Below are positions 41,815 through 50,030 of a stretch of DNA of 64,000 nt, in pieces (within the stretch, counting starts at the first letter, position 1; each line of letters starts with the position of its first letter). Where the stretch lies: NCBI GenBank assembly GCA_947625575.1, contig CANQOV010000002.1:1457-65456 (forward strand). The letters run 5' to 3'. The notes under the pieces were generated by a model. It was not told the DNA's origin. It saw only the letters and a list, made by a program, of their open reading frames with translations, and did not search any database. This DNA comes from an uncultured Bacilli bacterium (GTDB taxonomy: Bacteria > Bacillota_I > Bacilli_A > RF39 > UBA660). The position numbers and the translations under genes were made by a program.

Positions 41815-42204
41815 ATGAATTTAGTACCTAGAAAATTTTTCTTGGATGATTTTTTTGATGATATGGAGCCTACTTTTAGAACAAATAACATGAAGTGTGA
41901 TATCTATGAAGAAGACGGTAAATACGTTTTTGAAATGGATATACCAGGATATAATAAAGAGGATATTTCTATTGATTGTGATAAGGGATATCTAACTGTT
42001 ACTGCTTCAAAAGAAAGTAAAGATGAAGTAAGTGATAAAAATTATATTCGTAGAGAAAGAAGTTATGGCAAATGTGTAAGACAGTTTTATTTAGGCGATG
42101 TAGATGAAGAAAATATAACAGCAGAATTTAAAAATGGTATTTTAAAAGTAGTTGCTCCTAAAAAAGGCGAAATTGAAACCAAGAAAAAAATTGAAATTGA
42201 ATAA
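41815..42204 (+). CDS. Hsp20/alpha-crystallin small heat-shock protein
   Basis: Alpha-crystallin domain (DIYEEDGKYVFEMDIPGYNKEDISID ... AEFKNGILKV). AGGAGGA SD. Confidence 0.85.
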   Translation: MNLVPRKFFLDDFFDDMEPTFRTNNMKCDIYEEDGKYVFEMDIPGYNKEDISIDCDKGYLTVTASKESKDEVSDKNYIRRERSYGKCVRQFYLGDVDEENITAEFKNGILKVVAPKKGEIETKKKIEIE

Positions 42205-42211
42205 TTATAAG

Positions 42212-42240
42212 AGACTTTAGTGAAAACTAAAGTCTTTTTT
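42212..42240 (+). terminator. rho-independent terminator
   Basis: AGACTTTAGT-gaaa-ACTAAAGTCT hairpin plus T6. Confidence 0.65.
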
Positions 42241-42244
42241 GCTT

Positions 42245-42307
42245 GTAAAACTATGTGTAAAATTTATTAGTCAAATGCTTGACAATATATATATATATAT
42301 ATATAAT
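42245..42307 (+). promoter_or_regulatory. promoter cassette copy 1 (TTGACA-(TA)n spacer-TATAAT), 52-bp core repeated at 43724
   Basis: GTAAAACTATGTGTAAAATTTATTAGTCAAATGCTTGACAATATATATA recurs at 43724-43772 with one mismatch. The -35 TTGACA is at 42279-42284, the -10 TATAAT at 42302-42307, and the 17-bp spacer is entirely (AT)n. Confidence 0.65.
42285..42305. repeat. (AT)10 dinucleotide microsatellite forming the promoter spacer
   Basis: atatatatatatatatatata can be read directly from the sequence. Confidence 0.9.
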
Positions 42308-42340
42308 GGAATTATAGAAGATAGGAAGTGTGATGAAAAA

Positions 42341-43453
42341 ATGAATAGAAATTTGACAGAAGAAGAAAAAAAAGAACAGGAAAGAAGAACTTTAGAGGAA
42401 CACAAAAAAAATGTCTTTGACACATTGGAACAAGTTTTTAATGCTGAGACTTGTGGTGAATTAAAACATATTTATGAAAAAATGGTGTCTGTTGGCGGAG
42501 ATTTTCTAGGTTGGGGTGGACGTAGTAAAATTGTTAAAGGTAATAGTGATGCTACTGAAAGATTTGAAAAATTTTTTAGGTCTATGCAAATTGGTAATTG
42601 TGTAGATCCACAAGATTTTGATATGGTCCTTGCTTATTTAAAAGATGCTGGATATAAATATGATTATAATGAATGCCAGGTTAAATATCTTAATTATATG
42701 TATAATTTATATGCTTTTAGTGCTAATAAGGGTTTATCTAATTTCTATGTAGATAGTTTGACTGTTGAAAATCTTGATAAATTAGGAGAATTATCAAGGC
42801 ATACAAGGGAAGACAGAAAAGTTTCAATTAATGACCATGCAATAAATTTAAGTGGTAATGATAGGTCCCCTAATATTTATCTTGCACCTAATAATACTTA
42901 TCGTGTTGAGAACATGATTGCATCGCTTCAAAAATCTCTTGTTGATGCTGAAAAAACATTGCCTGCTTATAGGGAAAAGTATAAGCAAATAGAAGATAAA
43001 TATTATAAGATGTTATTTGACTATAGAAAGAAAAGTGTTTTTGGCAGACTTGTATCACATATTAGAGGAGAATACAAAGAATTAAGGTCAGAATTGACTT
43101 CTATGAAACAAGAAATGGAAAAATTAAAAACTTTGGGCTTAAGTCAAATGACTTCTATACAGAAAGCAAAAAACTTTGAAGAATTAAGAGAAAAAAATGA
43201 TGATGAAAGGGAAAAATTTCAAAAAGAATCAAGGAATTTAGAATATAAGAAAAGAGATGCTGAAAAAGAAATGAAGGAAGGAGACGTGAAAATGAGAACT
43301 GTTGGGAAAATTGATGATGCTTTGCGTGATTTGCGTAATGATTATGAGGCAAATTCAAATTTTGTTTATGGTGAACGAAATTCTGAGCCTTTGTTAAAAC
43401 CTATTGAAGTTCCAGAGCTTTCTGAAGATGAAAATACAGGGAGGTCTAGATAA
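42341..43453 (+). CDS. hypothetical protein, ORFan A (370 aa; N-terminal globular region and a long C-terminal coiled coil)
   Basis: Composition is atypical for the host (richer in R, G, Q and C codons, higher G+C). There is no stop over 1.1 kb. Confidence 0.55.
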   Translation: MNRNLTEEEKKEQERRTLEEHKKNVFDTLEQVFNAETCGELKHIYEKMVSVGGDFLGWGGRSKIVKGNSDATERFEKFFRSMQIGNCVDPQDFDMVLAYLKDAGYKYDYNECQVKYLNYMYNLYAFSANKGLSNFYVDSLTVENLDKLGELSRHTREDRKVSINDHAINLSGNDRSPNIYLAPNNTYRVENMIASLQKSLVDAEKTLPAYREKYKQIEDKYYKMLFDYRKKSVFGRLVSHIRGEYKELRSELTSMKQEMEKLKTLGLSQMTSIQKAKNFEELREKNDDEREKFQKESRNLEYKKRDAEKEMKEGDVKMRTVGKIDDALRDLRNDYEANSNFVYGERNSEPLLKPIEVPELSEDENTGRSR

Positions 43454-43455
43454 AA

Positions 43456-43707
43456 ATGGAAGAATTAAATGAGTTGGTTGAATCTTTTTTAGAGTTAACG
43501 ACAGAAGATCAAAAAGATGAAATTGAAAAAGAGATTAAGGCAATGATTATTGCTTTAAATGGTATTAGTGATGATAAAAGTTTTGTAGAGATTCCAAAAG
43601 TGGAAGATTATGAAAGATATGGTATGATTTATGCTTTATTACATGGTTTAGAATATGAAATTAATAAATTTGTTAAAGATAAGATACCAGAAGAGGATGT
43701 CATGTGA
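43456..43707 (+). CDS. small acidic protein, ORFan B (83 aa)
   Basis: Its start lies 2 nt after the ORFan A stop, with a GGGAGG SD inside the ORFan A 3' end. It is highly acidic and helical. Confidence 0.5.
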   Translation: MEELNELVESFLELTTEDQKDEIEKEIKAMIIALNGISDDKSFVEIPKVEDYERYGMIYALLHGLEYEINKFVKDKIPEEDVM

Positions 43708-43722
43708 CATCTTTTTTTTGTT
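43696..43722 (+). terminator. palindromic terminator GATGTCATGTGACATC + T8 (copy 1 of 2)
   Basis: A perfect 16-bp palindrome followed by T8. An identical 33-bp string recurs at 44799-44831. Confidence 0.6.
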
Positions 43723-43807
43723 AGTAAAACTATGTGTAAAATTTATTAGTTAAATGCTTGACAATATATATACTGGAATTGTAAGGTTATAACATAGGAG
43801 GTTATTT

Positions 43808-44791
43808 ATGGAAAGTAATGTTAGATCTACAGATGATAGCGGAAGATTAAATGGGGTTATTGCTAAACTTGATCAATTATTAACTGAATTAGGTGTTGAT
43901 TCTAAATTCAGAGATAATCCTGCATATCAAGATGTGTTAATGAAAATAAGAGGAGCAATGCCAGTTAGAGATATTGAAATTTTAAGTGCTTTTATTGAAA
44001 ATGGTGTGATTTCTTTTAGCACACTAACAGAGAAACGTCAGCAATGCTATGTCGAAGTAACAGCAGGGCCAAATGGAATTCGTTGTGTTTCTTCTTGCAA
44101 TTTTCCAGATAAATTTGATGAAACAAAAGGAGGATACAGTACTACATATCAAAGTGATATAGTAAATGCCCGTGTTGATTCAAATGGACGTATTGCTGTG
44201 CTTAGTGGCTCAACTTTACTTGATGATACTGGTTTGGTATCTGGTACTATGTGTCGTTCAAATTTTTCTAAAGAAATTTATTCTGCTGAAGGAATTGTAG
44301 TAGAGCATGAGTTAGGGCAAACTAAAGAAGGGAGAATTAATTCTTTTGCGTATTTTGACCGTAATAATTCTCTTGAAATTGCTACCTATCCTGTACATTT
44401 TTATCAAAATGATAATATTTGGAATAATTGTGCTTTTATTTCATCTCTTCAATCTTACAGTAAAGTGCAAAGAAAAAATATTGATACAGCTTCTGTATAT
44501 TCTTTTGATAAAGATAATGATAGTGAAGAGAGAGCTACAGTAGAGCTTGGTGGACCGGATTATAGCCACATGCAAGTGATGAGTGTAGAAAATTATCCAG
44601 ATCAACATGTTATTATACCACCTTTATCAACTGAACGTATTGAAGAAATGGTTTCTTATCAAACAAATCCTAAAGTTCAAGAAGGATTAAGAAAAATGGC
44701 TGTTGGTCGAGAAAATTATTCTTATGATTCTTTGAAAGATCCTACATTTAAATATGTTGGACCTCAAGAACAAGCGGGTGTAAGTAGATAA
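43808..44791 (+). CDS. hypothetical protein, ORFan C (327 aa)
   Basis: AGGAGG SD 7 nt upstream. It is preceded by promoter cassette copy 2 and followed by terminator copy 2. Composition is atypical. Confidence 0.55.
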   Translation: MESNVRSTDDSGRLNGVIAKLDQLLTELGVDSKFRDNPAYQDVLMKIRGAMPVRDIEILSAFIENGVISFSTLTEKRQQCYVEVTAGPNGIRCVSSCNFPDKFDETKGGYSTTYQSDIVNARVDSNGRIAVLSGSTLLDDTGLVSGTMCRSNFSKEIYSAEGIVVEHELGQTKEGRINSFAYFDRNNSLEIATYPVHFYQNDNIWNNCAFISSLQSYSKVQRKNIDTASVYSFDKDNDSEERATVELGGPDYSHMQVMSVENYPDQHVIIPPLSTERIEEMVSYQTNPKVQEGLRKMAVGRENYSYDSLKDPTFKYVGPQEQAGVSR

Positions 44792-44798
44792 TTTAATA

Positions 44799-44825
44799 GA
44801 TGTCATGTGACATCTTTTTTTTGTT
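44799..44825 (+). terminator. palindromic terminator GATGTCATGTGACATC + T8 (copy 2 of 2)
   Basis: Identical to 43696-43722. Confidence 0.6.
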
Positions 44826-45453
44826 AGTAAAGTAAAGTTATTTTTTTATTTATTTCTTTTATTAGTCCGTCATCTTTTAAGGCTTTTATTTCTCTTGCCA
44901 TAGCACTTCTATTTATTGATAGGTAGTCTGCTAGAAATGAGTAAGTAAATGGTAAGTTAAATGATTTACTCATATTTTCTTTGGATAGTTTATTAAAGTA
45001 AGCTAATAGTTTTTCTCTTATTGATCTTTTGGTTAATATTTCTATTCTTATGGTTTGTTCTATTATTTTATCTTTGAAGATATTAAATAAGTTTTCTATT
45101 AGTTTGTTGGTATTTTTATTAGGGTTTTTTATGATATCATCATAGTTTATAAATAATATTTTTGATGTTGTTGTGGCTATTAGAGATGTTTCGTTATTAT
45201 CCATTTGATAGAATATGTCACTAAAGATATCTCCTTGGTTTAAGTGTTCTATTATTGTTCTATCTCCGTTGTAGTCATAACGTACTAAATCTATTTGTCC
45301 TTCTTCAATTATACCTATTAGATTTGAGTTGTTGACGTAAGATGCAATTGTCTTATTTTTTGTAAATATAACTTGGGTTGACTGTAAAGAATTTAAAAGA
45401 TTTTTTTTCTCGTTTTCATCAATTCCTTGAAAAATAAGGGGTTTGTTTAACAT
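44824..45453 (-). CDS. Crp/Fnr-family transcriptional regulator
   Basis: N-terminal cNMP-binding beta-roll (GIIEEGQIDLVRYDYNGDRTIIEHLNQGDIFSD) and a C-terminal HTH (FTYSFLADYLSINRSAMAREIKALKDDGLI). Confidence 0.8.
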   Translation of the reverse strand: MLNKPLIFQGIDENEKKNLLNSLQSTQVIFTKNKTIASYVNNSNLIGIIEEGQIDLVRYDYNGDRTIIEHLNQGDIFSDIFYQMDNNETSLIATTTSKILFINYDDIIKNPNKNTNKLIENLFNIFKDKIIEQTIRIEILTKRSIREKLLAYFNKLSKENMSKSFNLPFTYSFLADYLSINRSAMAREIKALKDDGLIKEINKKITLLY

Positions 45454-45490
45454 AATTTTTTGCTCCTTTTATTTAATTTAATTATATTTT

Positions 45491-45516
45491 AAAAATGTTG
45501 CAATTGCAACATTTTT
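45491..45516. promoter_or_regulatory. perfect 26-bp palindrome AAAAATGTTGCAA|TTGCAACATTTTT in a divergent intergenic region
   Basis: Read directly from the sequence. It lies between the Crp/Fnr gene start (45453) and the nrdD-paralog operon. Confidence 0.5.
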
Positions 45517-45657
45517 ATTTTAAATATTTTGTTATGATTTTCTTGTAAGAATATTTTAGGAAGTTGTGGTGATGTAGTTATAAAAGTTATTAAACGAGAC
45601 GGTAGAGCTGTTGAATATGATAGTGATAAGATAAGAATTGCTATTGGTAAAGCTAAT

Positions 45658-47352
45658 ATGGAACTTCCTGTTGATAAACAAATTTCTAAAGAAAAAATAG
45701 AAGAAATTATAAAGTATGTTGAAAGTTTAAATAAGAAACGGATTTTAGTTGAAGATATTCAAGATATTATCGAACAAAAACTTATGGAATTTGGGAAGTA
45801 TGATTTAGCTAAGATTTATATTATTTATCGCTATACAAGGATGCTTGTTAGGAAAAGTAATACGACTGATGAATCAATATTATCTATTATTAAAAATAGT
45901 GATGATAGCATTATTAAAGAAAAACTTAAAAAAGACTATTTATATGTCTATGAACATAATGATTTAATTGCTACAGAAGTTTCTAAAGATTTAACAAGAA
46001 GAGTACTACTTAGTGAAGATGTTACTAAAAGTATAGATAATGGGGCAATATATTTTCATGATTTAGGTTATTTTATTCAACATTTGATATGTTCTAGTAT
46101 TTTAGATATTAAATATATTTTAGAAAATGATATGTTTGTTCATGGATATAAACTTAAAAAACCAACTGATATTGTTAGTGCTTGCTCTAATTTAGGTAAA
46201 GTTATTTTAGAGTGTGCGTCATCACAAACTAAAGATATAACTATTGATCTTAAATATTTTTTGGATATGTTAGATAAAGATTATGCTTTAGGAATAAAGG
46301 TTTTGTTTGATATTATTAGTTCATTTATCAGTGTTAGAGGGCATGTTGCTATAGTTAATTTTATTTTAAATGTTGAAAGTGAAAAATTAATTAATTTTTA
46401 TCTAGAGTTTTTAAAAGAGTATAGTGTATTTGATGCTGATAAAGAGTATTGTCCTAGATTAATATATGTTCTTGATGAAAATACAAGTGATGTTAATAGT
46501 AAATTTTATAAAGTTACTAAAGCAGTTATTGATTTATCAATGGAAGGTTATCCAATAAATTATTTTTCTAATAAAAAAATGCTTACTTATTATCAGGGTA
46601 AAATGATTTTACCAATTAATTTTAATCGAATGATGTTACCTTATAAAAATAAAGAGGGGGAATATCAAACTTTAGGAAGATTTGATCAGGGTATGGTAAG
46701 TGTTAATTTGAATCAGATTGGATTATCTTGTAGTGATGATGAAGAGTTCTTTAAGTTATTAGATGAGAAGTTAGATATTGCTATTGAAGCTCTTATGAGT
46801 AAATATTTTAATCTTTTAGGAACTGATTGTAATAGTAATGCTGTAGCTTTTAGATATGGAGCAATTATGGTTTGTTTAAATAAAAATATTGATGAGTATC
46901 TAAAAGATAATTATTCTTGTTTATGTTTAGGATTGAGTGGTCTTTATGATTTAGTTACTAATTATAAAAAGATTGATTTTTACAGTGAAGATAGTTTTAA
47001 GTTTATTACTTTAGTTATTAGTTATATAAATAAGAGAATAGAGCTTTTGAGAAAACAAACTAAGATTGGATTTATGGTGGTTTTGGATGATGATTATTTA
47101 GCTAATTTAAATTTTCTTATGAAAGATAAAGAAAATTTGAGTTATAAAGGGGATTTGGTCTATCAGAATTTACCTATTGTTAAGGATATTGATGAGTTAA
47201 GATTTCAAGGTATTATTCAAGACTTAATGAAAGGTAATTGTGTTATAAGACTTGATATAGAAAATAAAGATGTTGATTATCTTATCAAGTACATATATGA
47301 AAATATTTTCTATGTAACTTTGAAAACTGGCAATGAAATTAAGGAGGAGTAA
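45658..47352 (+). CDS. NrdD-like paralog, catalytically degenerate (ATP-cone homology continues upstream to ~45574 with no in-frame canonical start)
   Basis: Aligns to the N-terminal two thirds of the genuine NrdD. ATP-cone ends YRYTRMLVRKSNTTDESI versus YRYKRQLVREGNTTDKNI, and the FHD region is shared. It lacks the CMGCRS thiyl-radical Cys region, the Zn ribbon and the C-terminal RTCGY glycyl-radical motif. Confidence 0.65.
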   Translation: MELPVDKQISKEKIEEIIKYVESLNKKRILVEDIQDIIEQKLMEFGKYDLAKIYIIYRYTRMLVRKSNTTDESILSIIKNSDDSIIKEKLKKDYLYVYEHNDLIATEVSKDLTRRVLLSEDVTKSIDNGAIYFHDLGYFIQHLICSSILDIKYILENDMFVHGYKLKKPTDIVSACSNLGKVILECASSQTKDITIDLKYFLDMLDKDYALGIKVLFDIISSFISVRGHVAIVNFILNVESEKLINFYLEFLKEYSVFDADKEYCPRLIYVLDENTSDVNSKFYKVTKAVIDLSMEGYPINYFSNKKMLTYYQGKMILPINFNRMMLPYKNKEGEYQTLGRFDQGMVSVNLNQIGLSCSDDEEFFKLLDEKLDIAIEALMSKYFNLLGTDCNSNAVAFRYGAIMVCLNKNIDEYLKDNYSCLCLGLSGLYDLVTNYKKIDFYSEDSFKFITLVISYINKRIELLRKQTKIGFMVVLDDDYLANLNFLMKDKENLSYKGDLVYQNLPIVKDIDELRFQGIIQDLMKGNCVIRLDIENKDVDYLIKYIYENIFYVTLKTGNEIKEE

Positions 47353-47354
47353 AT

Positions 47355-49517
47355 ATGCAAGTAATTAAAAGAGATGGAAGAAAACAAAAGTTTGATAAGG
47401 AAAAGATTGTAACTGCGGTTAGTAAGGCTTTTATTAGTGTTGACGGAGAATTAACAGATAATTTTAAGAAAAAGGCTATTGAGATAGCAGATTTTATTGA
47501 ACAACTTGATAAGACTTTGACAGTTGAAGAGATTCAAGATATTGTTGAAGATAAGCTTATGGCAAGTAATAGAAAAGATGTTGCAAGAGAGTATATAAGA
47601 TATAGATATAAAAGACAATTAGTTAGAGAGGGTAATACTACTGATAAAAACATTTTTGAATTGCTTAATGGTACAAATGAGTATTGGAATAGTGAAAATG
47701 CTAATAAAAATGCTAAAGTTGTCACAGTTCAAAGAGATTATATAGCAGGTATTACAAGTACAGATATTACAAAGAGATTCTTATTGCCTAAAGATGTAGT
47801 GGAAGCTCATGAAGAGGGTATTATACATTTCCATGATGCTGATTATTTTGCTCAAAATGCTTTACATAATTGTGAACTTATTAATTTGCAAGATATGTTA
47901 GAAAATGGAACAATGATAAATAATATTTTGATAGAAAAACCACATAGATTTTTAACTGCTGCTACTATAGCAACACAGATAATAACAGCAGTTACATCTT
48001 CTAGTTATGGTGGTGCTACTATTACGCTTACGGCTTTGGCTCCATTTGTAAGAAGTAGTTATGAAAGATATTATAAAAAGTATAAAGATCGTGGTGAATC
48101 AAAAGAAAACTGTGAAAAATATGCTAAAGAAGATACTAAGAAAGAAATAGAAGACGGTGTTCAAACATTTAATTATCAAGTTAATTCTATGACAAATACT
48201 AATGGTCAATCTCCTTTCTTATCTGTATTTATGTATCTTGGAGAAACTGAAGAATATAAAGATGAACTTGCTTTGATTATTGAAGAGTTTTTAAAACAGA
48301 GAATTGTAGGATTAAAAAATGAAAAAGGTGTTTATATTACACAAGCTTTTCCTAAACTTTTATATGTTTTGGAAGAAGATAATATTAAAGAGGGAAGTAA
48401 GTATTGGTATTTAACTGAACTTGCTGCAAAGTGTACTGCTAAAAGATTAGTTCCTGATTATATTTCTGAAAAAGTTATGAAAGAAAATAAGATTGATCAA
48501 AATGGAAATGGTCAATGCTATCCTTGTATGGGTTGTAGAAGTTTCTTAACACCATATGTTGATAGTGAGGGAAAACCTAAATATTATGGTAGATTTAATC
48601 AAGGTGTTGTTACTATATCTTTACCAGACGTAGCATTATCTTCAAAGAAAGATATGAATAAGTTCTGGGAAATTTTAGATGAGAGATTAGAGTTATGTCA
48701 TAAAGCTTTACAGATAAGACATGAAAGACTTAGTCATGCTTTAAGTGATGTTGCACCTATATTATGGCAACATGGAGCATTAGCAAGACTTGAAAAGGGA
48801 GAAAGTATACATCCACTTTTACATAATGGATATTCTACAATATCTTTAGGATATGCTGGACTTTATGAGTGTGTTAAGTATATGACAGGAAATTCTCATA
48901 CTGATAATGGCGTAGGAAAAGATTTTGCTATGAAAGTTATGCAAAGATTAAATGATAAGTGTAAAGAGTGGAAAAAAGAAGAGAAGATAGATTATAGTGT
49001 CTATGGTACACCAATTGAAAGTACTACTTATAAATTTGCTAAGTGTTTAAGAAAAAGATTTGGTATTATTCCGGGTATTACAGATAGAGATTATGTTACT
49101 AATTCTTATCATGTTCCAGTATTTGAAGAGATTGATCCATTTACAAAGTTAGCTTTGGAAAGTGAGTTCCAAAAACTTAGTCCCGGTGGTGCAATTAGTT
49201 ATATTGAGTGTGCAGATTTAACAAACAATATTCCAGCAGTTTTGGAAGTTATTAAGTTTATTTATGATCATATTATGTATGCAGAGTTAAATACTAAGTC
49301 TGATTATTGTCAAGTATGTGGATATGACGGAGAAATTAAAATTATCGATAAAGACGGTAAATTAGATTGGCAATGTCCTAATTGTGGAAATATGGATCAT
49401 GCGAAGATGAACGTTGCAAGACGTACTTGTGGATATATTGGTACTAATTTCTTTAACCAAGGACGTACTGATGAGATTAGAAATAGATATGTTCATTTAG
49501 ATAATCACGAGGCATAG
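47355..49517 (+). CDS. nrdD: anaerobic ribonucleoside-triphosphate reductase (class III RNR)
   Basis: ATP-cone MQVIKRDGRKQKFDKEKI, and a C-terminal Zn ribbon CQVCGY ... CPNCGN. Glycyl-radical motif RRTCGYIG is present. Confidence 0.9.
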   Translation: MQVIKRDGRKQKFDKEKIVTAVSKAFISVDGELTDNFKKKAIEIADFIEQLDKTLTVEEIQDIVEDKLMASNRKDVAREYIRYRYKRQLVREGNTTDKNIFELLNGTNEYWNSENANKNAKVVTVQRDYIAGITSTDITKRFLLPKDVVEAHEEGIIHFHDADYFAQNALHNCELINLQDMLENGTMINNILIEKPHRFLTAATIATQIITAVTSSSYGGATITLTALAPFVRSSYERYYKKYKDRGESKENCEKYAKEDTKKEIEDGVQTFNYQVNSMTNTNGQSPFLSVFMYLGETEEYKDELALIIEEFLKQRIVGLKNEKGVYITQAFPKLLYVLEEDNIKEGSKYWYLTELAAKCTAKRLVPDYISEKVMKENKIDQNGNGQCYPCMGCRSFLTPYVDSEGKPKYYGRFNQGVVTISLPDVALSSKKDMNKFWEILDERLELCHKALQIRHERLSHALSDVAPILWQHGALARLEKGESIHPLLHNGYSTISLGYAGLYECVKYMTGNSHTDNGVGKDFAMKVMQRLNDKCKEWKKEEKIDYSVYGTPIESTTYKFAKCLRKRFGIIPGITDRDYVTNSYHVPVFEEIDPFTKLALESEFQKLSPGGAISYIECADLTNNIPAVLEVIKFIYDHIMYAELNTKSDYCQVCGYDGEIKIIDKDGKLDWQCPNCGNMDHAKMNVARRTCGYIGTNFFNQGRTDEIRNRYVHLDNHEA

Positions 49518-49522
49518 TTTTT

Positions 49523-50020
49523 ATGAGATATGCCCAAATACGTAGTATGGATATCAGCAATGGAGAGGGTTTAGGAATAGCGTTATTTACAAATGGTTGT
49601 AGATTTCATTGCTATAATTGTTTTAATAGTGAGTTATGGGATGTTAATGGTGGTAAAGCTTGGGATAAAAAGCAAGAAGAATACTTTTTATCCTTGGCTA
49701 AGCCAGATTATATTAAAAGAATTTCTATTTTAGGAGGAGAGCCTTTCCTTGATGAAAATTTAGATGATTTGTATAATCTTTTGAAACATACTAAAGAAAT
49801 GTATAAAGATAAACAAATTTGGATATATTCTGGTTATTTATATGAAGAGTTGTTAAAGAAAGCTAGAAATATTTTAGATTATTGTGATGTTTTAGTAGAC
49901 GGAAAGTACGTTGATAGCTTAAGAGATTATAAATTAAAGTTTAGAGGATCTTCTAATCAAAGGGTTATTGATGTTAAGAAATCACTTAAGGAAAATAAAG
50001 TAATTTTATATTTAGATTAG
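49523..50020 (+). CDS. nrdG: anaerobic RNR-activating protein (radical SAM)
   Basis: Radical-SAM-like Cys cluster (FTNGCRFHCYNCFN) in a 165-aa protein. Confidence 0.85.
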   Translation: MRYAQIRSMDISNGEGLGIALFTNGCRFHCYNCFNSELWDVNGGKAWDKKQEEYFLSLAKPDYIKRISILGGEPFLDENLDDLYNLLKHTKEMYKDKQIWIYSGYLYEELLKKARNILDYCDVLVDGKYVDSLRDYKLKFRGSSNQRVIDVKKSLKENKVILYLD

Positions 50021-50030
50021 GGAGTAATTT

